This document shows, one piece after another, positions 38,585 to 52,800 of a stretch of DNA of 64,000 bases (its first letter is position 1; the number at the start of each line of letters is the position of its first letter). Below the pieces are notes generated by a model that worked only from the letters and a program-made list of their open reading frames with translations, had not been told where the DNA came from and did no database searches. Where the stretch lies: contig OZ336878.1 of assembly GCA_965287045.1 (NCBI GenBank), positions 106,020,001 to 106,084,000 on the forward strand. Direction: 5' to 3'. The position numbers were made by a program, and so were the translations under genes. The DNA comes from Carcharhinus amblyrhynchos. Its lineage: Eukaryota.

Positions 38585-39008
38585 AAATAAGTTCTAGTAC
38601 TGAGAACTTCTGGGACATTTGAACTGAGCTGTGGAGCCTGTATGGATTGCAAATACTTTGTGAAGAATAGTAAGTTTCCTGACAAGTTAACTAAATATTC
38701 TCAGCAGGGTGCTAGAAACACAAACAGAAAGCATAACATAAGCAACTAGAATGCAACAGCGAAGGTTCATGCGTACGAATCTGTTCGATTGACATCCAAG
38801 CTGAAGGAACCTTGATTTGGTGCATGAGGACCTCAATCATAAATACTTTATATCAACAGATTAAATCTTTTCAGTTTCTAGCACCCTGCTGAGAATATTT
38901 AGTTAACTTGTCAGGAAATTAATTATTCTTCAAAAAGTATTCGCAATCCATTCAGGCTCCACAGCTCACTTCAAATGTCCCAGATGTTCTCAGTACAAGT
39001 ACTTATTT
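38585..39008. repeat. Inverted repeat: arms 38585-38719 and 38874-39008, 154-bp spacer
   Basis: 38675-38719 tttcctgacaagttaactaaatattctcagcagggtgctagaaac is the exact reverse complement of 38874-38918. The outer arms align with scattered mismatches. Confidence 0.92.
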
Positions 39009-39229
39009 ATATTTATTGGTGCCTCGTTGACATATAATGCAAAACAAAACAAGAGATATGTGCGTGCAATGGCGCATGTGGCTTAATTCTAACAGTTCGC
39101 TTTGTTGGTGAATGAGTGCAGAAATAGCACGGTCGTGAACGCTCTTGAAATTAATGACAATTTACTCGGTTTCTTCCGAAACCTAGTTACGGAATATCTG
39201 ATCTCTGATTGCCTCGAGAAAATGTTGTT

Positions 39230-40050
39230 CTCGGAAAGTATTCGTCAATGAGGCCATCATTTCCCAACATTCCTTCCATATCCTTTGATCGCTTTTTCCT
39301 CAAGAGCTCTATCTATTTTTTCCTTAAATCAGGCGATATTTAGATCTCAACTACACTCGGCGACAGCGAGTTCTACACATTAACCAGCCTCCGGGTGAAG
39401 AAATTTCGACCCACCTCCGATCTAAATGGTTTCCCCTTATCCTCAAACAATGACCGCTAGTTCTGGGCTTCCCCACCATTGGGAACATTATTTCAGAATC
39501 TACGCTGTCGAACCATGTTAGATTTTTATACATTTCTATAACATCTTCTCTCAGCCTTCCAAACCCAGTTCATGTATTATCGACAGACTGAGCCTCTCCT
39601 CATATGACCGACCTGCCATTCCAGAAATCTGCCTGGTAAACCTTCACTAAACTCCGTCTATAGCAAGGATATTCTTCCTCAGATAATGACACCAGCAATG
39701 CACACAATGCTCCAGGTTTGGCTTCACCAACAGCCTATAAAATTACAGCAAAACATCCCTGTTCCTGTACTCAAATCGTCTCGCTATGAAGGCCAACATA
39801 CCATGTACCTTCCTTACTGCCTGCTGTACCTGCACTCTTATATTCAGCGACAGATGCACAAGGAGTCCCTCTCCACCTCTTTCAATTTATACCCATTCAA
39901 GTCATAATCTATTTTGCTATTATTGCTGCCAAAATAGATATCCTCATTCATTCAAATTATTCTGCATCTACCATGCAAATGTCACGCCGCCAGCCTGTCC
40001 AAATCGCGGCGAAGCATATCAGCATCCTCCTCACATATATTTCAGCCATG
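39230..40050 (-). mobile_element. CR1 LINE 3' portion, decayed
   Basis: ORF 39351-39533 VDSEIMFPMVGKPRTSGHCLRIRG. Collinear with 4900-5720. Confidence 0.85.
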
Positions 40051-41879
40051 ACCTTGCTCTAATCATGTGGTAAGAAGGCGAGATACTCGCTGATGATTCA
40101 ATGAGAGCTAACATCAGTCACAAATTCTCACGCATTGAACCCATATTGTGGAGCAGGCGAGGAAACATGTAGACACTTTTTTTTTAAGCAGCAAGTATAT
40201 TAACTGTCATTACCATAGCCGGTGTTCAGAGTTCAGAGTGCAGACTTTGGTTTATTTTATGGTGAACTTGTGTTTGCTTATTATCGTTTTGTTTTTGCAT
40301 ACAGATGCCGTTACAAGCAACGTTGAATTGTGACCCAGTTGAGCGTCTTCTCAAATGTAAAACGTCACGAGCTTACCGCAAAGGAAATTTCTGACGGCGT
40401 CCTTACGCTAGACCAGGAAAACCTCAGAAAATAAGTAATGGGAAGATAAGTTCCGTGCGACGTACAAACACGCGGTCTACTTTTTTTTAAAGAAAACTAC
40501 GTGTGAAGAAGGAGCGTCGCAAAGAAACTTCATGGACAATTTTGAATGAACACCAGGCGAGTTACTGCATTTACTGGTGAGCAATGATTTTACACGAGCG
40601 AAGAACCAGGAGGATATAATAGTCGGTGTAAAACTATAACTTAGTTGTGACCCGTGCAGCCACATCCAGAGGGAAATGGAAATTGGCTTCAAGACTGAGT
40701 GTACTTAAAAGCACAGCAGAGTGAAAGCCATATTGCAACGTTTAAACAGTACCATATTTTCTGATTGAGTTCATATTGTTATGGTTCAGATTGGAACTCC
40801 GAAGTGTTCCACGGAGTCCACCTAGAACATAAGTTTTGCATTTTGAATTTGGCAAGGATAAACATGATTGTAATGACCTGCTGTGGAGCTTATATCAAGC
40901 AAAGTCATTTAAAAACATAGTTAATATCTACAGAAAGAAAATTAGCAAGAACTTCTATCAATTACAAACAAGATACCTAAAGCGACATTAAATTTTACAG
41001 CCCTTAACAAATATATTCAATGTCTTCGAACCTAAACCAAAATCCTATATTGGCTAAACCCTTTGAACAGTTTCAACACAGCAAAAACTAATTCTTGCAT
41101 GATGCTGGACATTGAATGATTTTGTTGAAATAGGCAGTTTTCTGGATTCGCTCAGAGCATGTTAACGTCATAATACCTTCCCAGAACCCCAGACAGAGGC
41201 ATTCTTTTCAAGCTATCATGTGCAGAATGTTTACTGCAGAAGCTAAGACCTCTCTCTCCCCGCACAACCCCACCCCCCACCCCCCGCCCTTATAAATAAC
41301 AGAATATCCAAAACAATACCGAGCTGGGAACGCATTTTTTTCAGCGTTTTGGTACTTCTAACCTCAAACATTGCTACAGCCAAACAAAAATTGAAACCTT
41401 AGACACACTCAACAAAGTACTGTTCAAAGCAATTGGCTGCTTCCTAACAATGAAAAATCATAAAATCAATCCCAAAGTAAACACAAACAACCCAATTTAA
41501 GACACTTAAGTAGCAATAAAACGACATTTCCAGTCGAGCTAGCAACAGTAACATCTCTGAAGTTGTGAGCTAAGACACGACTGAAGCGGAGAGATCTGCA
41601 GAAATGACGATTGTTTAAAACAAATATAGAAATACAAACTTCACAATGCATATGCTCAAATTGCTTACACTCGTTACAGTCATGCCGAATGTGGCCATTT
41701 AGTCATTTTACCTCCAGTATCTATACTAAATCAACTTTTTTTTTCTTGTTTTTGAATTTATTTCCATGGCCCATGCACTTGGTTGTTTGCGAATTTCATT
41801 CTTCCAACTACTGTGATCTATCAAGTAAAGATTTGTTATCAATCATTTCCAAACTCTCATAATCCGGGTCATAACAACA

Positions 41880-42450
41880 CAGCGATGTGCGCCCACTACT
41901 TATAGACATTGATCATCTCCAGCAAAACGAAAAACACACTGTCTCCATTTGACATATGAATCTCTGAAGTTTCCGTCTTCAACACATGGTTTACTGTTTT
42001 CTCAGAAACAAACTACAACAGGCATACAAAGACGATACGATTATGTCACATAGTGGGAATTGTGAAGACTTTAACTAGCGCACTCAATCCCAAATATCTA
42101 TGCGAAATCTACAAGCTACAAATCAGGAATATGAAGGAATATATTCCATTTTATTTGATGAATGGACCATCAACATGACTGAACAGATCTCAACAACCCA
42201 CAAGAAAATCTACAGTCTGCAACATCAGAGCTCCATCTAACAACATATTCACCACTGATACACATTTGTAGCACATGTGTTATGTGTCCATGATGCAACG
42301 CATCAACTCTAATTTCATAGCGTTTTCCAATTCTGCAAAGTTTACTATCGAGGTAAGAGGGTTAGATGACATATGATATTCCAACAACATTTCATTTCCC
42401 CATTCCTCCTCGTTTTTCACAAGCATGAATTTAGCTATTTATGGAAAATC
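41880..42450 (+). mobile_element. Highly decayed 3' part of the CR1/L2-group LINE family
   Basis: atctacaagctacaaatcagg...ctcaacaacccacaagaaaatctac resembles 8265-8350. Confidence 0.4.
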
Positions 42451-43116
42451 GTGGTTTGGCACCGAGCATAAACCAATAAGTTTAACGTGAGAATCGGAAC
42501 CTCTGAAATCATATGAATAATTTATTACAAAACACCTACAGCCAGGTTAAGATTGAACACTTTACAATAATTTAATCTTAACCTTCATTTCAGACCTAAT
42601 TGGGGACAAATATGCACCAAGCTGACGTGAGATTCGTGTTCACGTAATTAGTTCAAAATAGTTTCTCGACAGTAGTGCATGATTTATTTCTATAAATGTC
42701 AAATAATATGAACATATGCGGTCTTAATAAACAACGGAGACAAACAAACGCGAACGTATCATTTCCAGACATAGCTTTACCTTGGGATTGCGATTGTTGG
42801 GTGAATTCGATGACAAGGGGAAATTGTCGATTTCCCGATGTGTTGCACGCAGGAAAGCGAACCACAGATTCGATTGCCAGAATCATAGATAAAATGAATA
42901 GGTGGGGACGTATTTGGCGAGATTGTGTTTTTTTTTACTAGGAAGGGCAGTATTTTAACTGCACCACGGCAATTTATGTTTTGCACTACACTTCTCGCTT
43001 CTTCATGTAAACCATTTTAAGTTACTACAGGTTAGTAATTCAAGTAAATACCATGTATAAATGCAATAAGTCAGGGGAAGAAAAATGTAAATGGCGGAGA
43101 CGTGAATGTGTCATAC

Positions 43117-43219
43117 CTGAAGTAAATGAAAGCCAGTAAACTCCTACGTGATCCATAACAACATCTGCAGTCGGCAAGTTCCGCTTGTCGAACTTCAGCT
43201 CTAATCGGAGATGGAAACA
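43117..43219 (-). other. Candidate 103-nt exon (phase 0-1; CFHLRLELKFDKRNLPTADVVMDHVGVYWLSFTS)
   Basis: Acceptor tctcgcctctccgttgcttcag| and donor cag|gtatga. Open frame. Confidence 0.25.
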
Positions 43220-45360
43220 CTGAAGCAACGGAGAGGCGAGATTTTAATTGAACAATTGTTCGGGGGACGGGGGGCGGTGTAGTTACCTCAGGCAAGTTAT
43301 TTGAAAAGTGACAGAACAAGCAATCCAAAATATACCACTGTAGAAAATTAACCTATGTATTATTTTCAACAGCCTTGACCTGTGTGTATCTTCCGTTAAT
43401 GACAAAACATGGAAAATGAGTCATTGACAACAAGGCGCCTGGATACGTCTAAGTTTACATGGACGACTCTTCCAGTAGAAAGGAGTGGCAAGGCAATAAT
43501 CTCCTTGGTTAAAATAGGTCAGTCTTGAGTGCAATGTTATATGTGAAAAGCCTTGTTCTCTGGTCTTGTTCTCTGTGCTGGAGAGGAACTTTGACGTACA
43601 TGGTAGCAATCCAATTGCGGTTGCCAACGTAGGCACCAATTGCATAAGCACAAAGAAGGCGTCCTCACTCTGAGCAGAGTGGGGAGAAAATACAAACCAC
43701 TGACGTCAAATTAGTATTCAACTGATTGTCTGCAGGTACAGATTATCGCTTTGACATGGCGTAGCATGGCTCCTTCATTTTCTCTCGGATGATCCTCTTT
43801 TCCATTACCACTTGCACTGCCCTGTCATTTATGTTTGACTTTGCGATTTTATGTTAGTCTTGCTAATGTTAAGACTGTTTTGCAACGCGTTACCTGGACA
43901 TTTTTCAGGACAGGGAAAACTGTTGTCATGATCTCATAAATGATTGCATTGAGCTCATCTTCTCAGACATCGTCCAATCTTTAATAAATCAAACCCCCAT
44001 TCCTGACTATTTATGATGATAATTTCTGGGTGAATATTTTTCTCTCCGTTGTTCTGAGGAGTGTGTTTATTTACAATTCAAACAAATGATAGAGTATATT
44101 TGTTAATATAAATGTAAAATAATAAGTGGATATTACATGGGAGATGTATAGATTTCAGTGCGAATGGGCTTCATAGCTGCTTAGGTTAGATACTACGGCA
44201 TGCTGAATTGATCTATATGCAGTAGTATACCTTCCAGAACTTCATGTAAACAGCTACTGGGAAGAGATATTTTGCAGCAATATATGTTGTTGTAATTTTC
44301 ACTGTCTGATATCATTCATGAAAATACGGAATTGTTTTACAAGACTTACAAAGTTACAGAAAGCAAAAAAAATTTATATATAAAACATATAATACTAGTT
44401 CTTGAAAGTTACTTGTGTAATAAATAAAACACAGAAAATTAAACTAACAAATAAACTTAAGCAATGGAGATTACAATACAGGGTTACAGAAGCTAATTAC
44501 AAAAAATGATTCTAAACTTAAAATGTGAAAAAAAGGTTAAATATCATGAATAAAAATGAAATCATCTTTCCAACATCACAAGTTCAACAATTTGTTCCGT
44601 GAAAAAAGGCTGAAGGTTTATCATATTCATTCATTGAACATGTGGTCACTGAAATCAGAGAATGCAGCTGATAAGTTTAATTACTAATGGGATGAGTGGT
44701 TCCACGTCAGTTATTATTATTTAATCGTGACTCCTAGCAAAACTCGTGGAACACCCATTAAGATATTTTGTTCTGCCTTGTCAATTATTGGTAATTTGAG
44801 GATCATGATTTGTGACGAGCGTGTGCCCAGAAATTAGCATGAACTGGAATTGGATTAGAATTTTGATTATTTAACTAATACGCTTAAAAACTACAATCTA
44901 TTTTTGAATATGTATCGAATGCACCATTTTCCATGCAGTATCAAAATGATATGTGAGGCTAGCCAACATTTAGGTGTGAATGAATCTGTTTAATGGTAGT
45001 AAGGATCTATCTTATTTTCAACATTCGTCAAATCTGCGATTGATATGCATGAGAGAACTGTGGGCAATCTTGAAAATGTCTTGCAGAAAATCACGAAAGC
45101 AGCTTCGACTGCACAGTGCAGACCTAAGCTCGCCACTCCCGATGTGCTCACAAGCAGCATATAAATGAGAACACCAGAATCTGATGCACATCGGAACTCC
45201 ACTCCATTTCAGATGGGAACAATTGCGCCTATGGATCACTGTCATAGGATGGCATTTTGGAATTCCTTTCATATCAGCACTCTTGTGTACCTGTCGCCAA
45301 TGGACTGCATGAGGCGACAAATTGATAACTGATCAATGGGGATTAGGCTAGGCTAGATTC

Positions 45361-45396
45361 CCACCCCGCCTCCCCCCCCCCCCCCCCCCCCCCCCC
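45361..45396. repeat. Poly-C tract (25 uninterrupted C at 45372-45396)
   Basis: Direct inspection. Confidence 0.9.
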
Positions 45397-48300
45397 GCAA
45401 CAATATCCATAGTTTCATAAGAGAATCACAAAACGCGAACATTTCTAAAATAGCTAGATGATTCTGGTAGTCACAATTGTATGTTGTTACTTCACACACA
45501 CGTATTATTGTGACACCTTATACAGAAGAAATTAAGTTGCAAACAAGTGTAAACATTATATTAGTGTGCTACCTGCCAGTGCATAGCAACAAGATGAAGT
45601 TGATGGTGTACACCACGGTTTATCTTATCAATCGGTTTGGATGGTCACCAATTATCGTAACAACACCATGTAGACGCCTTACTGTATCAGCAAATTTCTG
45701 CATCATGCGACAGCATGCTGTCCCAGATCCAAAAGAGAGACTAGTGTTGTATAATATAATGCATCAAAAGGAATACTCTTGATAGAATGAAAATAATGCA
45801 ATGCTGCTTTTCAACAAGTGTTACTTTTCATTTATTCCTCAATGAAAATGATTCACAGAAAACTGCCGTCAGTTTTCAGAAATACGTAATAACATGAGAT
45901 GGGCAGCAGGCAATGGAAAAACGGCCTTTCCCTGATACATCAGTGGCCATTGGGCAAATAGGGGCTGACCGGCATCCTAGATATTTTGCTAACCAATAAA
46001 TGTTAATCTACTTCATTTTAGCATTGTGCTATGACAGTATCATTGTATGTATTCTACTATGGTAAAATTAACTGTTGCAATGGTTAAATCAACAATATTG
46101 GTTCATTGCAATATCTTCAGCAACTTACCACTCTTTGTGGTCTTGAACTGATCCACTATACGAAAGAAAATAAATGAAAACAAGCATTGGCTGATGATTT
46201 CTCATTCCTGAAACATGAGAACAGCGCAATTTTGGAAGTGTTTAAGATTTTCACTATTAATTGTCACCTTCAATTTTATAACGAAAGACATTTTCACGCG
46301 CAATTAACAGCAGCATTCCTGCATCTTCAGAATATTACGTAATTGTCCACCTATGTGGGGGAATGCTGTAAATTTACTGGCTATACTTGTTCGTTCATCT
46401 GCTGTACAGAATAAAATAAATGCACCAACAACTATTTTCAGCCTGCAGTAGTAAAGAAATGTATGATCCATGCAAAAAAAATCCATACTTCCAGTTATCA
46501 GAGTTCAAAGCATTGTCGTATTTTAAAGGCATCAATTCACGTGTTTAATGTGTTATATAAGTAATAATTATTGCTGGCTGCTTTAAGAGTTGATGCTGTT
46601 TTTGATGGTGACATCATTAGTGTGTCTGTGGACGATGTTTTTTTCTTGGATTTTGTTCTTGGAACAGCACAAAAAGCAACTCGTTAATAAAACATGGTAT
46701 GTGTTAGATTGAACCTACATGTGCAAACTAAGTTTTCATGTTTTCTGTTAAAACCCACAACGCCTAACATAGCTTCGGCATTGCAGAATAAAACAGGCAG
46801 CAAGTCAGAAATTTGATTCGTCAGAACAACATTAAAAATAAAGATCTTGTGGCTATTCAAACTCCAAATATTAGAAGACTGGCAAAAAAATCAACAACAA
46901 AATTAAAGATGCAAGTGCCAATTCCGGGTAGACAAATAAGACATAAGCAGTATGTGTGACTTTAAAAGAGATTTTTATAAACAAAGGCAGGTGACAATCA
47001 AGGCAACACTTGGCACCGAAGGAAAGGAAAGATATTTTGTTATCAAGCAGAGGTCGATTAAATCAATATAATAAAGTCAACGGCTTCAGGATAAAAAGAA
47101 GATTTTCCAGGAAGGTAGTAAAATCATATAGAAAGGACAATCTCCTGTGGCTGGTGCCTGCAAGAGAAAATTCGGGTCAATTAGTATTAATGTAGCCTTG
47201 AATGATTGAAATGAAAAAAAATGTATGATTTATTAAACTTGCTCCGGGATTCCCTCGTTGACTGGCCTACGTTCGCACATTACTGGCACACGTGCTGATG
47301 TTTTACGTCGTATGGGCAGTTGCCAACTTGTGGACACTCAGTACAGACTCAAGTTGTGAACTGTCTTTCGAAGATTGTCCCAAACACGCTACTGTATTTA
47401 AAGTCAAAATGCGTTCAGTAAATTGAATCATGGTGTTCCTTGGGCAACCGTTTTCGTTACTTTGTATAACTGAATAACATTACAAAATTAAATGCTTGCA
47501 CCCGTTGTTTTTTGATTGTACAATGGCATGTAATGTCTTTAATTTGCTGCTAACATGATCCATACAACAAAGCCAGGAACCAAAAATCACGATGACTTGA
47601 GAGCGATCCTTGAGTAGTACTACTCAACAAACTCACTGATCATCATGCAAATAAAAAAATCAGTTTCCACTGACCGAATCGAGTGAATGGAGAAACAATT
47701 GTTTCGTTGGTGGCACGCTCAGAAAGGCTGCCACAGTACTATATATTGGGTTGGATATGAGAAGATTCTATTCAAAATCATCAAGTTTGTGATCTTTAAA
47801 ATGACGTTATCCAAAAGAGTGTTTCCTTTGCATACATTGACTTTAATACAGCAGTGGAAACGTGAGTGTTGATTGAACTATATGCTAAAGAGGCTTCGCA
47901 ATTTGATTCTGTAACGAAGATCCATAAGTTGGAGATTGCCCACAAGATATCAAAACAGCAGGAAACATGTCAAAGATGTATGTGAATGGGCCAGTCAGCG
48001 AATGAATGCGACAGCAATGATAGACAGTGCAATAAGGTAACGTTTCAGAAGTTGTTGGAACGGGTCAGATCCCTTCAAGAGAATATTCAGAAGAAAAATC
48101 TTGGTACCATCAAGAAACGGATCACGTCGCATTTTACTAAAATAAAGTAGATTATGCAATAAAATAAATATGACTGTGAAGAGGAAGATGTCCAGAATTT
48201 ATTGACGACCTCCCACTGAACATTTCATCCACAGCATAGAGCGATTTTGCTTGATTCGAACGTTAAGAAGACATTTAAGGTTGAAAGACATCCTGGTATA

Positions 48301-48544
48301 GTGTTCACGAATGAGTGCACATCTAGTTTTTTTTAGTGCTACGGCCTGAATACTCGGATTAAAGAAAATATGGGGTAGTGGAAATTCTGTGCAAGAATAA
48401 GAAACACACTACTGATGCCCTCTGTTCAGGTTTACAAATGGCGTAATTTATCATGGGAACGATTATTGTTTTTTTTCCGCTCTGCTTGAGGTTTGCATTT
48501 CCTTAACTATGATAGAAACTCACTCGAAGAAGTCAGAAGTTGAT

Positions 48545-51400
48545 CTGGTTTGAGTTGAGTTTTGCTTTGTTTCATTAACGTGACATGCACTGGGATGCAG
48601 TACTTTAGTTTTGCTTGTGCAGTACAAAAGCAAAGCATTTTTTAAAGTTACAAAGCCAGTGCACAGATTGCACAGGGCAATCCTAAAGCTACCGCTTGCT
48701 TGCTTCAAGCAGGCCAAACATACAGTTCATAATGTACGTAGGAGAAATAGAAAATGATTTGTTGCAGAATATAATGCAGCAAGTACTTTAGGGAGAAGCA
48801 AAGAATCAGCTTAATATATGGTAGGGCTATGCAAAAGTATTTTGGCAGCCAAGATAAAAGGACCCTTGAATCTTTCAATACCAGTTTTCAGACGTGTGTA
48901 TATTTTCCCGACGCAAGACGTACAAGTGAGTATATCCGGAGCGTGTGGAGCCATTGATTATGTTGTCTGCTTTCCCGATGCGGGCAAGAAGTCTAGATGG
49001 AGTGAATAGATGTAAGTTTGGTTTGTGATGAACAGGTGTGTTCAGAACTCTTATAGTTTATTCCAGTCTTGTTCAGAGCAATAGCCATACCAAGCTGTAA
49101 TACATCCAAATTGGATCTGTTCTAAGTTGCTACTGTAAAAGTGACAAGAGCCCTTATGCACATACCGGATTTCCTTTGTCTTCTGAGAGAGCAAATGCCT
49201 TGGTGTTCTTTGTTAATGACGTGAAAGGTTCAGGACGTACAATTGGTGATCTGAACACTTCAGAGCGTGAAGCTCTCGGCCATCTTCAAATCAGCACCAC
49301 TGATATAGATGAGGCCATTATCCTGAAGTGGATGCCTAGTTCCTTCGGTTTACTGAATTTGAGAGAGAGATTATTTTTGTCGCAGTGTTTTCTCAATGTA
49401 TCGATGGTTCCCATGCGTTCTTTCTTTTTGGTGCTTCAGGCCCGACCCAATAGAGTGGTGCAATTAGCAAACTTGAAAAGCGAACTGGAGTATAATTTGG
49501 TCATATAGTGTAAAAGGAGTGTAGTAAGAGGCTCAGTATACAACATTCAGGTGTACCGGTGCTAAGCATAATCATGGAGAAGAGGTGTTTTCTATCCGTA
49601 TTGACTGCCGCCTATATGTTAGGCAGTCGAGCATAAAGTCGCAGGCGGAGGAGGAGAGATCTATGCCGTCGAGTTTGAAAATGGGCTGTGTAATCATCGT
49701 TTTGAAGGCTCTGTTATCGTCAATGAAAAGAAATCTGCTCTACAGTTATTCCAGCGTTAAACGCAGGGTCAGAGAGATAACGTCTACTTTCGACCGATTG
49801 CGGTGATAGGCAAACAGGCAACCTGAAAGATTGGATGCGATATGATTAACCTTTCAAAGCATATCATAATGATGGAATCAGAGCAAACTGTGGATAGTCA
49901 TTCATGTAAGCTGCCTGGTTTTTCTTTGGTACTGGGATGATTGTCATGCTCATGAAGCCCACTAGGTATTCCACACAGGAGGAAAGTGCTAGGCTGTGGA
50001 CCCCACGGAAATCAATCGATTTGTGTGGGTTAAAATTCAAGAAGGCCCGTCTAACTTATGCGATGGTGACCCTGGATAGAAGTGCGAACGACGATTTCGG
50101 GCGGATTACCTTCTTCCAATGACATCAACTCAAAAAGGAACATATAATGTTCGTCATCAGTGGTGCCTCAGATTCTATTTGTCTTCACGTTGTAGCTTGT
50201 TATATTACGTAGACCTTGCGACATTCGATATGCGCTTAAATGGTTAGCCTGGGACTCTATCTTGGTGTCTTATTGCATCTTGGCAGCACTGATGTTTCTC
50301 TGAAAGTCATATATGTAATTATTCTATAGATCAGAGTCACCTGATTAAACGCTTTAGTTCTGGACTTCAGTACGCCGTGGTTATTCCTGTTCAGGCATGG
50401 TTTCTGGTCGGGAATCATTCAGATTAGTTTGTTTGGTACAACCTTCTACACAATTATTGATTAATTGTGTTACTCTAGTGGCATACTCATTTAGGATGAT
50501 CAAATAATTCTTGAATGTTGAGTGTTTAGCAGTCGGCTGACTCAAAGCCATCTCTCTGAAGGTCGCCCTTTGCCTCCGACAAACATCGCATTACTTTAAT
50601 GATCGGACTTGGCTGATAAACTAGGAGAAGGACTGCAACCCTATGATCTGAGTTGCCAGTTCGACGACGGGCGACAGAGAAGTAGGCATGCTTGATTTGT
50701 ATGCAGTCAGGTGGCTAGAGTTGTTTCTACCTTTGGTGAGAATTATGACATGTTGATGTTTTCCTGGTCAGCCACTCGTGATATTCACCTGGCCGAAGTC
50801 AACAGCCATGATGAACAAGGCCTCGGGGTGTATCGCCTCAAGGCCATTTCTAGTGGTGCATATTTCATCAAGTGCAGACTTCACATTCACATGTAGCTGG
50901 ATGCAATCAGGTGTCTGTGTAGCAGAGATGAACACCACGACAGGTAGAGGTGCAGCATGCCAGTGTAAGGTGGTCCCTGTCTGGGCACGACAACTGGACA
51001 GTTTTCACAGGTCGGAGCACAAAGAGGTGCTCATTGAAAAGAAGCAGACCTCACTTTCTATAAAGATGCCATAGAATCCATCCAGTAAATTGAGAAACCC
51101 TCCAATTTTAGGGAAGAGTCAGGTGAAGCAACATTGAGCCATGTCACTGAAAAAGAGAACATACAACAGTCTCTGTGTTCTCTTTGAAAGGTGAGCCTGG
51201 TTTTGAGTTTATCTAGCTTGTTGTGAAGAGATTGAACATTTGCCAGGTGTCAGCTGTGAAGGGAGATCATGGGACCATGTAATACCATCACATTCGCAGG
51301 TTTGTGCGTTGTCCATGCTTTCTGGATGAGTGGCTGCTTCTGACTGGGCCTGGAAGTTGGTGTCAATAGTCTACGATGTCAACGATAAAGTTCTGATGGA
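48545..51400 (-). mobile_element. Rex1/Babar-type LINE, near full-length ORF but decayed
   Basis: Minus translation near 51130-51250, ANVQSLHNKLDKLKTRLTFQREHRDCCMF...TWL, matches the Rex1 endonuclease start (LANVQSLENKLDEL...QR..RDCC..CFTETWL). The rest is collinear with 34700-37030. Tail at about 48545. The 5'UTR may extend to about 51800. Confidence 0.85.
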
Positions 51401-52149
51401 GTTCTGCATTTTGGTCGTGAATTTCTGTTTTACGGATTGTCTCGTTTCTGTTCAGTGAGAGTATCGACGTCTGGATTCCATGTGATCCAAGAAGGGAGTC
51501 GAATTGATGATGGTTGCAAGCCAGTGCTTGTGTAACAGTTTTATTGCCATGGTTGCAATTGATGTCGCAGCAGTCGGATCTACGCCCTTGGATGTCGCAT
51601 GTCGCTGATGGGTTACGATTGAGTTAGGATGTCAGAGAATGTTCAGACCACATTCTGACATGAATGGTTCGGAGGCCGGTAATAGATTAGGGTATCTGAT
51701 CTCATGGTCGTGGATGATCCAATGGTCGAATCGACGTGTTCGGGCTTTCTAGTCAATGTCTCGTTTGTGTCTGCCATTCAGAGGTTGGAGAATTGTCAGG
51801 TCTATATATTATATATACATATACATTAAATCGCATTTTAAACAATGCGAATTGAGTTTCAAGAGTGTGTGGCGATTATTAAATGTGGAGAAAGAGGGAA
51901 TTCTTGGCGTCCTAAAGAAGTGGCAAAGTTCTGCTTGTACTGGGTGAATGCCAGTGAGATGAAGGCCCTGTGTCCGCAGCTCCTCGCCGGCCGTGAGGCC
52001 CACGTGGTCACTTGCTTGTGTGGAGCCTTCGGAGTGCGGAGGATCAGCAAATCTGCAAGTGAAATCAAAACAGCATTATTAGACTGTTTAAACGACTTGG
52101 AATTCCATTTTAGAAACGCAGAAAGGTTACAAAAATGAAATTAAAGGGA

Positions 52150-52800
52150 TACTGGGGGCAGTATATGAGAAATCGCAAGAAATCGTCTCGCTCTGCCATC
52201 ATTATTGTTCTGGCATCAAGCTGCCATCATGATATGTAGTACAACTGAACAAACCATTGAAAAAAACTTGACGAAATATTTAGATTGTTACACCAGAAGA
52301 CATTGTTAGCATTAATGACACACAAATATTCACAAATATTTGAATATTATTTCAAAGTAAACGGTATTCAGCATGTTGCAAATGCAGCTCATAGTCCATC
52401 AATCAACAGATCAGCTGAAAGAATCCTACAATTCTTGACACATGCTTTCAAAGCTTCAGAAAAAAAAACAAAGTTTGTGATATTGATGTGCGCTTAAGTT
52501 TTTTATTTCATTTTTAGAAGCAAAACTTGTGCAATCAGCCAAAATTTGCCTGCATTACTGAATTTAGACTGAAAGTTAATACCTACGTTTGTTTTGCTAT
52601 TACCTCCAAAACCTTCTTGAGATAGCAGAACATCAACAATAACCTCAAGTTGCTAGATGAGAGGTGAAACTGAAATGACGCTCATTTCAATAAGGGGACG
52701 GATTTTAGCGCTTTAATCGTGCTAGGAGTGAGAAATAGACAAAGCAAAAACAGGTCCGATTTCTTAAACGATTCACACTGATAATAAGGGACTTAAGCAA
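52150..52800 (+). mobile_element. Decayed Ty3/Gypsy integrase fragment
   Basis: ORF 52285-52497 FEYYFKVNGIQHVANAAHSPSINRSAERILQFLTHAFKA matches the rve core (F..F.K.NGI.H...APYHP..NG.AER.VQT.K.ALK). Confidence 0.65.

Noticed and set aside
44990-45782. GPCR-like words (LSCISIADL, NKIDPYY, IILVCYLPVH)
   Set aside because: They lie on opposite strands with wrong spacing, and there is no seven-helix hydrophobic pattern.
48520-48717. Minus-strand exon-like unit with gtgagt donor
   Set aside because: Largely overlaps the 3' tail of the Rex1 element.
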